NCBI GenBank assembly: GCA_028534125.1
Contig: CM052821.1
Span: 55,118,001 to 55,182,000 of the forward strand
Direction of reading: 5' to 3'
Source: Lama glama
Lineage: Eukaryota
Length of the DNA stretch: 64,000 bases
Every line of letters starts with the position of its first letter. The stretch's first letter is position 1. Shown here piece after piece: positions 13,605 to 26,823 of the stretch. Position numbers and translations under genes: made by a program. The notes under the pieces were generated by a model that was given only the letters and a program-made list of their open reading frames with translations, ran no database searches and was not told the origin of the DNA.

Positions 13605-13880
13605 TTTTTTTTAATTGACGTGTCGTCGATCTACAGCCTCGTGTTAGTTTCCGGCGGAGAGCACAGCGATTCAGTTATCGTGTATGTACTCTTCTCCTTC
13701 ATAGGCGTTTCTCGGCGTTCTGTCCCGTTGCCGGGTAGTCAGTTTACAACGATGCGTCCGTTTCTTATAGGCTATTGAATGTAGCTCCCTGTGCTCTGCA
13801 GTAGGACCTTGTTTTATATTCAGTAGTTTGTATCTGTTAATCCCAGCCTCCTAATTTATCCCTCCCCAGTCTTTCCCCCC
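13605..13880 (-). mobile_element. L1 3'-end fragment (artiodactyl type)
   Basis: Poly-T then ...attgaatgtagctccctgtgctctgcagtaggaccttg..., the reverse of the L1 3' motif seen at 15306, 22460 and 37330. Confidence 0.7.
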
Positions 13881-13924
13881 AAATTCATCTTTTTTGGATG
13901 GACAACTCTGTGCATTTTGAAAAT

Positions 13925-14595
13925 CATCATGGCCTGTTTTCTTGCTGGATGTCAGTCAGAGGTGCCCACATCCCTTCCCTCGTGGCCCCTGGGTTGTCAA
14001 AACCTGCCACGTGGGTTGCATCCACCTCCTGCTCTAAGTCTCTCTGACCCCCGCGCCCGCTTCTGCCTTGTTGCAGCCAGGGGAGGTTCTCTGCTGTTCA
14101 GGGCTCAAGTGATCGGGTTGGGCCCACCTGGAAAATCCAGGCCACTCTCCCCTCTCAGGGTCTGCACTGGCGTCAGTCTCCCGTGGCCGCCATAACAGGG
14201 CGCCACAACACGGGGGGCTTCAACAACAGAAATTTTTTTCTTGCAGTCTTGCTTGGAGGCCTGCAGTCTGAAATCAAGGTGTCGGCAGGGCTGTGCTCCC
14301 TCTGAGGCCCCTTTCTTGCCCCCTCTTAACTTCTGCTGGTGCACGTCCACCCTTGGCGTGCCTTGGCTTGTGGGAGCACCCCTCCAGCCTCCGCCTGTCC
14401 TCATGTGGCATTCTCACTCTGGGTGTGTCTGTGTCCAAATCTCCACTTTTTATGAGGACGCCATTCGTATTGGATTAAGGGCCACCACTCTGGTGTAACC
14501 GCATCATAACTGCATCTGCAGAGACCCCGTTTCAAATAAGGTCACATTCTGAAGTGCTGGAGGTGTTAGGATGTGGGGGACACAAACGAACCCAT
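13925..14595. mobile_element. MaLR (MLT1-like) LTR remnants
   Basis: gccataac...ggcttcaacaacagaaattt...ggaggc...aaatcaaggtgtcggcagggc...ggattaagggccacc...aaataaggtcacattctga are typical MLT1 motifs. Confidence 0.75.
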
Positions 14596-15303
14596 GATGG
14601 TACCCTTAGGGACATCTTTGGGGCCACTCCTTGGCATCACTCTGTGGGCATGCCCTCCTGGAACTCACAATCAGCGAACACTGTTCAAGGAGGGGTGGAG
14701 CACTGAGACCGCTAAACGTGTCCTGTTCACGCTCGAAGGTGGGTGACATGCCCAGTGTCCAGCTCTGTCGATTAAGGGCAAATCTGTAATATCAAAGCTA
14801 AAGAGCCGTGACCAGAGTTGCCCAGTGCATTAGGCAGCTTAGGTAGGGTTGGTCGTGTGGACCTTACACGGTGGGAGGGCGGTGGGAGGACTGGGGAGTG
14901 ACAGTTATGAATCACAGCACTGCAGGTGCAGAGCCCGGTGGCCCCGTCCTTTCCCTCCATCAGGCTGGTGCCAAGGGGAGAACACAGATGTTGGGAGGGG
15001 CTGGGGTGCCAGGAGGTGGTGGGGCCCCATCAGACCCCCCCCAGCTCCGTGCCTCTGTTACAGGAAGGAAGGACACATAAGTTTGCTCACTCCCCATGGG
15101 GGGAGGCCCTCTCGGACCCCCTGATTTATAGTGGCTGCCGCTCTCCCACTCAGTCTCCATAGCACATGGTGTAAGTTTCATTGATTCGTTTCTCACCGAT
15201 CTCCCCTAGAATGGCAGCTCCTGGAGGACAGGGGTGTGTGTCTGCTTTCTTCACGGCTGTGCCTAGACTGGCTCCACCAGGGCCTATCACAGGAGGCACC
15301 CAG

Positions 15304-15526
15304 AGATTTGCAGATGCTAACTATTATATATAAAATAGATAAACAACAAGTTACTCCTGTGTAGCACGGGGAACTATATTCAGTATCTTGTAATAACCTA
15401 TCATGAAAAGGTATATGAGAACCAATAGATGTGTGTCTGTGTATGCTGTGTGACTGAGACATGATGCTGTGCACCGGAAATTGACGCAACATTGAAAACC
15501 AACTATACTTCAGTTAAAAAAATAAA
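15304..15526 (+). mobile_element. L1 3'-end fragment
   Basis: gagatttgcagat...aaacaacaag...tagcacggggaactatattcagtatcttgtaataacc followed by an A-rich tail. Confidence 0.8.
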
Positions 15527-16362
15527 TCTGTTGAGTGAACAAAGATTTCCGCTCTGCTTAACAATCTATGCCCTCCTGCTTGCTGAAAAGATGATGGTTT
15601 TTCTCTTTTCAAATATTTTTTAGCATCTGATTAGCAGGTTGTTGTTATTTCAGTAATACTGCCTGAATATGAGGAAAACCTTAAGGAAATATCACTTTTC
15701 CATATTCCGGTCTACGGACTTTATTGAAGAGCACAGAAATACTTCTTTGTAGCTCTGGAGGTGAAAAATAAAGAGAAGAACAGCCATTTCAAACTGTGGA
15801 GCTGATAAATAGTCAGTGGTTTAAAAATGTTAAGATGGGGGCCCCATTTCTGATAGTGGCTTCGCAGTTTGGAAGTCAGCTCAAAAAGGTGGACAGCATC
15901 TTTAAACGTGTGTCAAGGCTTTGGCGAGCTCATGAGGTGGTGAACAGTTGCCAGGCTGAGATCTGGAGAAGATGGAAACTTGACGTTTGTGTTCATTTTG
16001 TCACTGGGGGAGGGCAGTTTATGGAAGATGGAGTCAAGGACCCAAGTAGCCCTTCTGTGGGGCTGAGTCAAAAATTGGGATAGAAAGCCTCCAAGAAGGC
16101 AAGACCCTGGTAAATATCCCAAACTTTTGAGTTGGGGCCCCCAAGAGCCGCCCCCGAGGAATCCAGGTGGCCTAGAAGTCAGTCAGCTGCTCAAGGCCTG
16201 AAGACCTGAAGGCCTGTTTGAACTAATCTCAATTCTTGAGGTTGGATTAAGGTGATTCCACGTTGCTAGGACCTCGGATGCCTGGCAGAAGCCAGCAGTA
16301 TCCTCTGCAGGGGAACAGAGCATCACCCTCAGCCTCTGTTTCTATGAACGATTTTTCAAATG

Positions 16363-17416
16363 CAGACAGTCCCCACCTTGCACAGTTCCATTATGCACAG
16401 ACTTCATTTCCATGCCTTATTAAATTACACTGGTCTCCCTACACCAGGGCTTATGTGTTAGTTCCAGGGATAAGAACTGAGTAGCTGCATAAAACAGTCT
16501 GCACTGTCAGCTCCCCAGTCTGCAAATCACAGCACAGATAACAGAGGCGCCTACGGGCCAAGCCCCTCCCTCCTGTCAGAGTCTGCCTGTGATTGGTCCC
16601 TGTGCATCTGTCAGTCAGCTCACACAGACAGCAAAGTGTGTGGTCATGTTGCCTCCTTGTCTCCCTGTGAAAACCCATGTGACACTTCCTAAAAATGGAT
16701 GAGTGACAGAGGACATGGCCAACAGAGATGAAAGTGCAGCAAATAAGTGAAAAATGATAACGCGTGAAGTAACATTAGAATCGGACAGAAGTGGAGTTCT
16801 AGAAGACGTCGCTGACCGTGGGGATGTGGACACTCCTGCCATTCGAGAGACTCTAGAAAGGTGGGCGGGGGACTTAGTGAAAGTGAGTTGTCACCATCCT
16901 TGAGGGAAATGGTTGTGATGAAGAAATTGAAGATGCCACACAGGAATTCATCCCAGCTCCCCCCCCCCAATTCACGTTAAAAGAGCTCTCTAAGATATGT
17001 TGTGACATTGAAAGTGCAAAGGAGAAAAATGTTGGAAGCCAGTCCAAACTTAGAAAAGAGTATGACGATTTAGTAAGGCAAAGGATAGAAGTTCGCTCCA
17101 AACTGTTGTCATGCAGTAAGAAGGCAGCAAGCATGGTTCAAACTACTCTGGATGAGTTTTTAAAAGGAAGTAAAACATTTTAAGTCTCAGTGTTCCTCAC
17201 GTTTTAAATTACAATGTAGCAAATAAATACTAGCTTACTATATATTTTAATTTCTCTGTGCATTTTCAACTAATAATAAGAGATGTTTTCATGTTCTGAC
17301 AAAAGCTTTAAAGGTCATAGAGTAATTTTTCATTGATTGTAAAATCACTTTGTATAATTTCTGCTTGCATGATGCTTTTTATGGTCTTGCATTGCCATAC
17401 AAACCAAGACTGTTTG
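16363..17416 (+). mobile_element. TcMar-Tigger DNA transposon remnant (Tigger13-like)
   Basis: Imperfect terminal inverted repeats (cagacagtccccaccttgcac / atacaaaccaagactgtttg) around decayed transposase-like internal sequence. Confidence 0.6.
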
Positions 17417-18550
17417 TACAGTAATGACACACAACAAAACCAACCACGCACATGAGAGGACCTTATGAACCAGCAGAAATGATAAATGGTAGAAACAAGC
17501 CCACCTTGACTCTAAATATCAGAATTAAAAACACATAAACTTGCTTACTATAGTCACAAAGATGAACAGTAAGATTGGGAATTTTGGTAGAACACTAGAA
17601 ATTATCTTCTTTACAAAGGACATTGATTTGAAAAATACCAAGTAGATATTATAAAACTGAAAAATACAAAAACTGAAATGATGTACTCAGTAGAAAGCTG
17701 TAACAGCACAGTAGTCACAACTGATGTGAGAACTAGTGAATTACAAGGTAGATAAGAAAATGATACCTAAAACGAAGCCTTTCCAAAGAGACAAAAGGAT
17801 GGAACACAGATACAGGGAATATGGTGAAGAATTCTACCACATGTGATTGACATCCTAGGAAGACAAGAAAGAGAAATGGGACAGAAGCAATATTTGAAGA
17901 GACAGTGAGTGGCTGGAGTTTTTCTAATGCTGCTGAAAGACATTAAGTCACAGATTCCAGAATCCTATAGAACCATAAGCAGAATTAAAACAAAAATCCA
18001 TACATAAACACACTATAGTAAACCTGCTGAAAAACAAAAACAAAAAGAAAATTTAAAAAGAAGCTAGAGAACACTAGAAATTATCTAGACTAGAGCAACG
18101 AGTCAGAGATAAATTCTCAACCAAAACAACGGAAGCCGGAAGACAGTGGGAAGACATCTTCCGTGTGCTCACAGTTGGGTTTATTCCAGGAATAGAAGAT
18201 TAATTTAACATTTAAAAAGTAATCAAGCATCAACAATTATGAAATGCTCCTGGATAAAATGCACAACACCTGGACTGTGAAACCTGCGAGACATTGGAAG
18301 ACTCAAATCAATGACAAGTTACGGCATGCCCTTGAGTCATGAGACTCAGCATTGTTAAGATGGCCGTTCTTCCCAAACTGATCTACAGATTCAAAGTGAT
18401 CAGCATCGAACGTCAGCATACGTATTTGTAGCATTTGACAAAGTGATTCTAAAACTGTGTGCAAGTGCAAAGGACCTCAAGTGGCTAAAACGACTTTGAA
18501 GAAGAGGGACACAGATGGACGACTACCTGAACTCAAGAATTATTACAGAG

Positions 18551-18632
18551 GAGCGGAGGGTAGAGCTCAGTGGTAGAACACATGCTTAGCATGCATGAGG
18601 TCATGGGTTCGATCCCCAGTACCTCCGTTAAA

Positions 18633-18676
<44 letters not shown>

Positions 18677-18707
18677 ACAAACCTAATTACCTCCCCCCCA
18701 AAAAGCA
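18551..18707 (+). mobile_element. tRNA-Ala-derived SINE with (TAAA)n tail and 16-bp TSD
   Basis: A and B boxes present; AAGAATTATTACAGAG at 18535-18550 and 18708-18723. Confidence 0.92.
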
Positions 18708-19170
18708 AAGAATTATTACAGAGCCGCAGTGATCAAGACAATATAGTATTGATATGAAAATAGACGAGTAGATGAACGGCACAAGACAGCGAGCGCACCC
18801 AACTATGTGGTGAATTGATTTTGGACCAAGTGACAGGTCATTTCAGTGGGACTAGATAATTTTTCCCAACAAATTGTGTTGGAACAATTGGATAGCCACG
18901 TGCAGAAGAAGAGATCTCAGCCCTCGTCTCACACGGTGTTAAACCACGAGACAAGGACGGAGAACGTGGAGTGGGTCATAGACCGGGTTGTAAGAGGTAA
19001 ACCTGTAAAACTCCCGGAATAAGCGTAGCATAAATCTTAGTGATCTGAGGTTTGGCAAAGATTTCGTATAGATGGTTCAAAACCCATGAACTACAGAAGA
19101 ACAGTTTAATGTATTAGACTTCATCAAAATTCTAAACGTTTACTCATCAAAAGACGTTTAAGAAAATTAA

Positions 19171-19299
19171 GGAGGGAGGCTATAGCTCAGTGATAAGAGT
19201 GCGTGCTTAGCGTGCACGAGGTCCTGGGTTCAATCCCCTGTCCCTCCATTAAAATTTAAATAAACGAACCGAATTACCTTCCCTCCCCACCAAAAAACA
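19171..19299 (+). mobile_element. tRNA-Ala-derived SINE
   Basis: tatagctcagtg...cttagc...ggttcaatcccc plus aattacc tail motif. Confidence 0.88.
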
Positions 19300-22200
19300 G
19301 GAAAATCAAAGGCAAGTCACAGACTTGGACAAAAAAGTTTGCAAGACGTTTATCTGACAAAGGACTTGCATCTGGAATATATAAAGAACTCTCACAATTC
19401 AGTAAAAAAGTGACAAACAATCCAATCAAGAGTTAAAGCAAAAATGGGCAAACGATTTGAACAAATTCTTCAACAAAAGGTACAGGATGGCAAGCAAGCA
19501 TGTGGAAAGATGTTGAACATCATTAGTCATTAGGAAAACGCAAATTAACACTAGTGGGTATCGCTGTTAGCGGCAGAGGGATAGTAAACAGCCGCTGGCA
19601 TGGCCAAATGGAGAAGACCGACCACGTGTCCGGCCGGGGGTGTGAGCGGCCGGAAGCCTCCAGCACTGGTGATGGGGTGGGTGTGAAGTGGTGCAGACAC
19701 TTGGAGAACCATTTTGGTGAGTGATATCACTGACGTTCTTACCGAAAGTGTCATATGTGCCAAACAAGGGACACTGACATCTGCCACCAGGGTCATGTGG
19801 GCATCTCGACTGTCCAGCCGAACCGTCAGTGTGGACTCTCAGCGCTGGCTGCAGACAGTCTAAGTGGCCAGGAAGCCCCTAAATGCACCCCCTCCCAGGA
19901 TGGCTTTTCCTTAAACAGATTGTTCCTGTTTCCTTAGCATTCTTGTCACTTGAAGTTGCAGGAATTCTTGTTTCTTCAGAAAAGCATTTGTTCCACACCT
20001 GCCCTTCGCACTCTGAGCCCTGGTGGTGTCCTCTGCGCAGACTCCTTTCATTGGTTTGTTACTTAAAATGATATGAGGTGTTTTTGTTTTTTTGTGTGTA
20101 AGAGAGCATTCAGAATGTAGCACTGATGTTAGATTGACTGAGTCTGTATTTATGAACAGCTGCCGTGTGCGGGGAGGACAGTGGCGGATGTGACTCCTGC
20201 CTTAAGGAGTCACAGATCAGTGGGTCAGAAAAGGCGCCAGTCAGCACCTGGGATGTGAGCTGCGCGGATGCAGAGGCGGGCAGGGGTCATTCCGCCCGGG
20301 TGAATCCGGGAAGCCTCTGGGGAGCAGTCGGTATTTGAGCTTCCCTGACCATGTGCAGGAACGGGAGGTGTTTCAGGCGAAGGAATAGACTAAAGTATGG
20401 AGGCTGGAAAGCGCGAGGGGAGCCTGGCAGGCGCTGAGCAGTTTATTTTGGCCAGAACACAGGGTTTGCGGAGGAAACGGAAGAGAAGATGGATTCACTC
20501 AGGATAAAACTTCATCAGATCTTATGAAGCTCCTTCTCGGATGCCAGGCACCATTCTTAAGCATTTGGGGGTATGTAAGTGAGCAGACTGCACAAAATCC
20601 TTTATCTTGTAGGACTGGCTCCCTGGCAGGGAGAGACACATGAGCAGCCTAGTGGCCGGTAGGTGCGTGGCCTGGTGTGTTCGATGCTGAGCGCAGGGGT
20701 GGGGTGTGCGTCCAGGGAGGGCGAGGACACTGCGGGGACAGCCTCGCTGAGAAAGGGACCTCTGGGGAAGGACTGGCAGGGGAGAGCTGAGCAGACTCCA
20801 GGAGGGGAGCGTCCCGGCCGCGTGGGCAGCTGGGGCCAGGCTCGTGGGAGGAGCACGAGGAAGTGTGACTGGAGGAGTGTCCCGGACAGGAGGAGGATGT
20901 GAGGGCCCCAAGGGGAGGTGGCAGAGGGTCACTGGGAAGGGCCTGGGGGCCACTGTGAGGGCTCTGGCTGTACTCCCTGGGAACGCAGGAGGAGGAGGGT
21001 CCTGAGCAGGGGCATGGTACACTTCGATTTAGCTGCCCCAGGCCCCCTCTGGCTGTCTTCAGGGGCCAGGGACAGAAGTTGCGGGCCGGCTGGGAGGCTC
21101 CCGGGACTCACCAAGGGCCTGGCGGTGTGTGGCTTGGGCAGCGAAGTGGCGTGGTGGGAGAACGTGCACGGGGCAGGGAAAATGACCTCTGCGTGGCTGC
21201 GTGTCCTTGGAGGATGCTTGTCCTTGGTCTGTTTCCTTACCTGCAAATCCAGGTATTTGGAACCGATGCTCCCCAGAGGGATTCCCTAAAGCAGGGGTGG
21301 TGGGATCAGGGCTGTACTTCAGGACTTATTGGCAACTCGGAGAGGGGAGTTGGCAGGCGAGGGGGCTGCTGCAGGAGACCGCGCTGGAGGGAGTGATGCC
21401 GTGGGCCGGGCAAACACAGGATGGGTGCGAATAATTAAGAAGAAAACAATCTTTCAAAATAAACAACAAACAAACAAACCAGACTGTCCAGAGGACCCTA
21501 CGCTGTAACTCTGTGCGTGCGCAAAAGACCAAGGTCACATTAGGGCGTGTTGGGTATAAAGCGTGCTGACAGCTGTTCCTGGCCTCAGATGTGCCCTCTT
21601 GCTGGCAGGGTGACCGCGCAGAGCCCTCTGCACGTCAAGCATTGGTGCTTTGACGGGTCGCTCGGCCTCCTCCCCGCCTGAAGCTGGCCCAGTACAGGCG
21701 CTAATCAGTTACAGAAACACCAGTGTCTCCTTCAAATCCCCTGCACTGGGTCTTGTGCATAAACCCTTATTAGGTTTCCTGTTTCTCTTATTTTTATGCA
21801 GAGCTTGACTTTATAGCAGAAAATTCAGTTTTTTTCCCCTAAACAGATTGCTTCTGTTCCCTTAGTATCCTTGTCACTTTAAGTTGCATTCATCCTTGTT
21901 GCTTTAGAAAAGCAATTGTTCTGCAACTGGCTGTTAAAGAAGGTATTTGTTTTATTGTTACCAATACTTGCTAAATGTTTGAATTATTGAGCTGCTTAAA
22001 AATCACTGTTAGGTGGATTTTGTTTCTATCCTTTTCACTCTCTTCTTATTGGGGACTTTACAAAATAATTATGTTTCCAGTTTTCTTTTATTCGTCATGG
22101 TGAATAGGAATTGAAGCTATGTAGCTCTGGGAACCTCTAGTTCCAAATAGGAAAGCCTTGTAAGCATTTCCAGCTGGCAGGTGGACAAAACTGAGGGCGT

Positions 22201-22329
22201 GCAAGTTGCTAGAGAGGCTCGGGCTTATGGAAAAACCCAGCTTCAGAAGGGACCTAGCGCACCTCGAGTTAGAGGTTCTTAAAGTGTTGCTTCTTCCCTG
22301 CAGATACCTACCAAAATGCAAAATTTACT

Positions 22330-23050
22330 GCGAGCAGGAGTTAAAGCAATCTGAAAACAGAAGGAGAGGTGGAAATGGTATTATTCCTTTACAAAATCAG
22401 TGTCCTAGAAAGACAAAAGAAAGTTGTGGAAGTGTTTCAGATTAAAAGAGAAATGATAGTGCAGGGAACTATATTCAGTATCTTATAGTAGCCTATAATG
22501 AAAAAGAATATGAAAATGAATATATGTATGTGTATGTATGACGGAAACATGATGCTAGACACCAGAAATTGACACATTGTAAACTGACAATACTAAAATA
22601 AAAATAAAAAAAGAGAGAGAGGAGAGAAATGACAACAAAATGCAACATCTGACCCCAGACTGGATCCTGTACTGGAGGGAAAAAGTACAGTCAAGGACAT
22701 TATTAGGTCAATTGACAAAATTTGACTATGAATCATAAAGTGTCGTATCACTGTTAAATTTACTGAAATTGGTAGGTGTACTGTAGTATATAAGAGAATA
22801 TCCTTCTTAGAAAACACATGCTTCAGTTGAGGGAGAGAGGGCTCTGCTTCAAACACACACAGACACACACACACACACACACACACACATTATATGGTTA
22901 CCTACTTATAAAGACAAAGCAAGTGGATAGAATGTTGATCATAAGTAAATGTGATGAAGGGTACTTGGCTTACTGTGTTTTTCATACTGTTTTCTGTGTG
23001 TGCGCGCAATTTTTCTGGAAATGAAATTACTTACAAGTGAAAAGAAAAAG
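22330..23050 (+). mobile_element. Old L1 3'-end (L1MC/ME-like) with a younger L1 3' fragment (~22460-22615) inside
   Basis: gaaatgacaacaaaatgcaac...ctggatcctg...aaggacattatt motif; inner gcagggaactatattcagtatctt fragment with A-tail. Confidence 0.65.
22853..22889. repeat. (CA)n microsatellite
   Basis: About 18 CA units with one interruption. Confidence 0.95.
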
Positions 23051-23408
23051 CAAATAAACAAAAAAAGCAGTTTCTACCTCTATGTCTTAGCTACATTTAT
23101 TACCATGTTTAGAATTTGGAAGCTGCAGATAAGAAAATGTGAGTAACAGCTCACCTATTCTGAAAACATCACTCCTAATTCATCTCCTTTTTAGCACTTC
23201 TTTAAATAAAAAAATTTTTTTAATTAGATATAATTGTAGATTCACATGCAGTTGTAAGAAGTAATACAGAGAGATCTCTAGTTCTCTTTACCCGGTTCCC
23301 CCATGGTAACATCTTACAAAACAATAGTGCCTAAACAACAAGCTCCTACTGTACAGCGCAGGGAACTGTACTCAGTATCTCTTATAATAACCTACAATGA
23401 AAAATAGT

Positions 23409-23552
23409 GTGGGGAGAAGGGTACGGCTCAGTGGCAGAGCGTGTGCTTAGCATGCACGAGGTCCTGGGTTCAATCCCCAGTACCTCCATTAAAAAAAATT
23501 AAAAAATAAAATAAAATAAATAATGAACCTAATTACCCCCCTGCAAAAAAAA
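23409..23552 (+). mobile_element. tRNA-Ala-derived SINE nested in an L1 3' fragment (~23330-23690)
   Basis: ggctcagtggcagagcgtgtgcttagcatgcacgaggtcctgggttcaatcccc; the host L1 motif resumes after the tail. Confidence 0.88.
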
Positions 23553-26299
23553 GAATATGAAAAAGAATATGTATGTATAACTGAGTCACTATGCTACACG
23601 CCAGAAATACAACATTGTAACTCAACTATATACTTCAATAAAAAAGTTTAAAAAGTTAAAAATTATACAAAAATTTAAAAAAATAAACTAGCTGGAAGAG
23701 AACATATTCTCCTAATTGATTCTTTTAATTTTTAAATGCTGTAATTTTATAGCTCTTTGTAAAACACCTGAGATCCCACTGAAGGTGAAGAATGTGTGTG
23801 TACGCATGCAGATGTACAAATTAGCCCAGCGGAGCTGTTACAGTGTTCTATATTGACACCATGTATGTTAGCTGACTTTCTGTGGATCATATTATATAGG
23901 AATGCTTTAAGTAAGTGTCCATTTGTTTCACTGGAAGAAAGAAACAACAGGACAGTATCACCGGGTGTCAACATGATGCTGTCAAGACGGAGAGCATTGC
24001 CATCATCCAGCCACCACTCAGGCTGCCTTTGTAGCCTCCGGGCCCCCCATCCACCCCTGCTTTACCCTGGCAGTCTGGTCTCCATTTCTATCATGTTGTC
24101 ATTTCAAAAACGGTAGATAATGAATCCTATGTTATGTAACTCCTCGGGCTTGGCTTTTCTCACTCAGCGTAGTTCCCGTGAGATTCATCCCCGTGGCTGG
24201 GTGTGTTGAGGGTTCATTCCTTTTTCTTGCCGGATAGTATCCCATGGAATGGATGTACCAAGCTTGGGCACCACTCACCCTTCAGAGGACGCATGGGTGC
24301 TTCTCCAGTTACAAATGATGATGAACAAAGCTGCTGTGAACATCTGTGTACAGGTTTTAAACAGCTCTATTGAGGTGTAGCTTATGTAGTTACATATTCC
24401 AGTATGTCGCTCGTATACTTAAACAATAAAGTGTACAATTCCATGGCTTCCATTATATTTACTGTTCTGTGCAGCCGTTGCCACAATCTGATTTGAGAAC
24501 ACTTTTGTCACCCCTGAAAGAAACCGTGTACTCATTAGCCATCATTTGCCTGCCATGAGCACGTCCTACAAGTGGATTTATACAATACTTGGTCTTCTGT
24601 GACTGGCCTCCTTCCTTTAGCATAATAGTTTCAAGGGTCATCCCTGTTGTATGAGGAATCAATACTTCATTTCTCTTCGTCCCTGAAAATACTGTATAGA
24701 TACAGTGCATTTCACTTATCCATTGATCAGTTGGCTGTGTGAGTGGTTCCCACTTGCCGGCTGTGATGAATGAGAGCCACTAGGAACTCCCGTGTGCAAG
24801 TTTTTGTGTAGATGTATGTTTTCGTTTCTCTAGAAGTGGAATTGCTGTGTCATGTGGTGACTCTGTGTTTACTTGTTCTGAGGGATTGCCAAACTGTTTT
24901 CCGAATGGCCACGTCATTTTACAGCCTCACTAGCAATAGACGAGAGTTCCAGTTTCTCCACATCTTCACCGACACTTGGCATCGTCTGTCTTTTGGATTA
25001 CAGCCATTCTAGGGGATGTGAAGTGGTATTTCATTGTAGTTTTGATTTTGCGTTTTCCTGACTAATGACCCTGAACATCTCTTCATGCACCTATTGGCTG
25101 TTTGCAAATCTTTGGAGACATACCTGTTAAATCCTTTGCCCATTTCTTCATTGGGATATTTGTCTTTTTATTGCTGAGTTGCCAGAGTGCTCTGTATCTT
25201 CTGGACACGAGTCTTGTGCCAGGTATGTGATTTTTAAATATTTTCACCCATCTTATGAGTTCTCTTTTCTCTCTCTTGATGGTAGTATTTATAGCACAAA
25301 AATGTTTAATTTCAATGTCCAATTAATTTTTTTTTCTTTTGTCACTTGTGTTCTTGGTATGTGTACAGGGTTTTGTGTGAACCTAAGTTTTCATTTCACT
25401 GGGATAAATGCCCAACATAAGTTTCAACTGCTGGGTCATATGGCAGTTGTATGTTTCTTATAAAAAGAAACTGGCCAGCTGTTTTCCAGAGTGACTTACC
25501 GTTTTATTTATGTTCCCACCAGCAGTGTCTGAGTGATCCTGTTTGTCCACATCCCCACATTTGGTGGTGTTGCTCTTTTTTATTTCAGCCGTTCTGATAG
25601 CTATGCGGTGATGCCTCGCTGTGGTTTTCATCTGCAAGTGCCCCTAGTGGACAATGATGTGGAAGACCTTTTTGTGTGCTTATTTTGCTGTCTGTATACT
25701 CTCTTTGGTAAAATGTCTCTTCATGTCTTTGCCCATTTTCTAATTGGATTTTGGGGGTTTTATTGTTCAGTTTTGAAATTTGTATTTCAAAATTGTCCTT
25801 TGTCAGACATGTGATTTGCAAATGTTTTCACCCAAAGTGGACTTGTCTTTTCAGCCTCTTCGTAAGGTCCTTTATAGACCAAACGTTTTTTATTTCGATG
25901 ATGTCCAGTTTTTCAGTTTTTCCTTCTAGAGATCATGCTTCTAGTCTCAAGCTTAAGACCTTTTTACTTAGCTATAGATCCTGGAGATTTTCTCCTATCC
26001 TTTTTCTGTAAGTTTTTTGGCTTTACATTCTATGTGTAAGTCCGTGACCCCTTTGGAGTTGATCCTGTGTAAGATATGAGGCTTAGGTTGAGATGGTGAT
26101 GATGATGATTGATGTTCAATCACACCAGCAGCATGTGTTGAAAAGGCTGTCATTCCTCCATTGACTTGCTTTTCCATCTTTGTCAAAAATCCATTGAGCA
26201 TATTTGTATGAGTACGTTTCAGTGTTTTGTGGTCTGTTCATTTGTCTGTGTGTTGGTCCCTTTGTCAATACCACACTGTCCTGATTACTCAATAGGTCT

Positions 26300-26823
26300 T
26301 AGTACCAAGTCCAAGCTCATACTGCTTCCTGCATAACAGGCCAGTAAATTGAGAAACAAGTGGTTGGGGTAAGGAATAGCAACTTTATTTGGAAAACCAG
26401 CAGACCAAGAAGATGGTGGCCTCGTGACCCAAAGAACCTTCCTCCTCAAGTTAGAATTCAGGCTTCTTTTATACTAAAAAAGGTGGAGGGTGGCAGAGTG
26501 GGGTGGCTGTTGCAGACTTCTTGGTGCCAGAATCTTTTGTTCTTGCAGCTGTCCATATAGATCTGGTCACAATGTTTCTATAAACCTCCAAAAAGACAGC
26601 TGTTATTTTCTGTTCTGCAACTTTTTCTCTCTATATGAATGGAAAAGTGTTATATCTTTAAAGGTAAGAGCCTTGAGAATGGGCTCTCCTGTGTATTTCA
26701 GGTTATAGGCAACTTTCATTTACAAAGGGTGCAGAACCAGCAAGACTGAGCACAGGAAACGGAGCCCAGGGTTAGAGCTAAAGGAACAGATTAAACATGG
26801 AGCCGGGTTGTTTCTCTGTTACA
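26300..26823 (-). mobile_element. ERV1-like solo LTR inserted in the antisense L1
   Basis: Minus strand begins TGTAAC; minus-strand TATAAAA (~26467-26473) and AATAAA (~26384-26389); L1 sequence continues on both sides. Confidence 0.75.

Larger units (their letters stand above)
17430..19760 (+). mobile_element. Old L1 remnant (ORF1/ORF2 fragments), interrupted by two SINEs
   Basis: A-rich strand with L1 motifs (cccaaactgatctacagattcaa; aacaaattgtgttggaacaattggatagccac; tatctgacaaaggacttgcatctggaatatataaagaactc); no long ORF. Confidence 0.85.
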
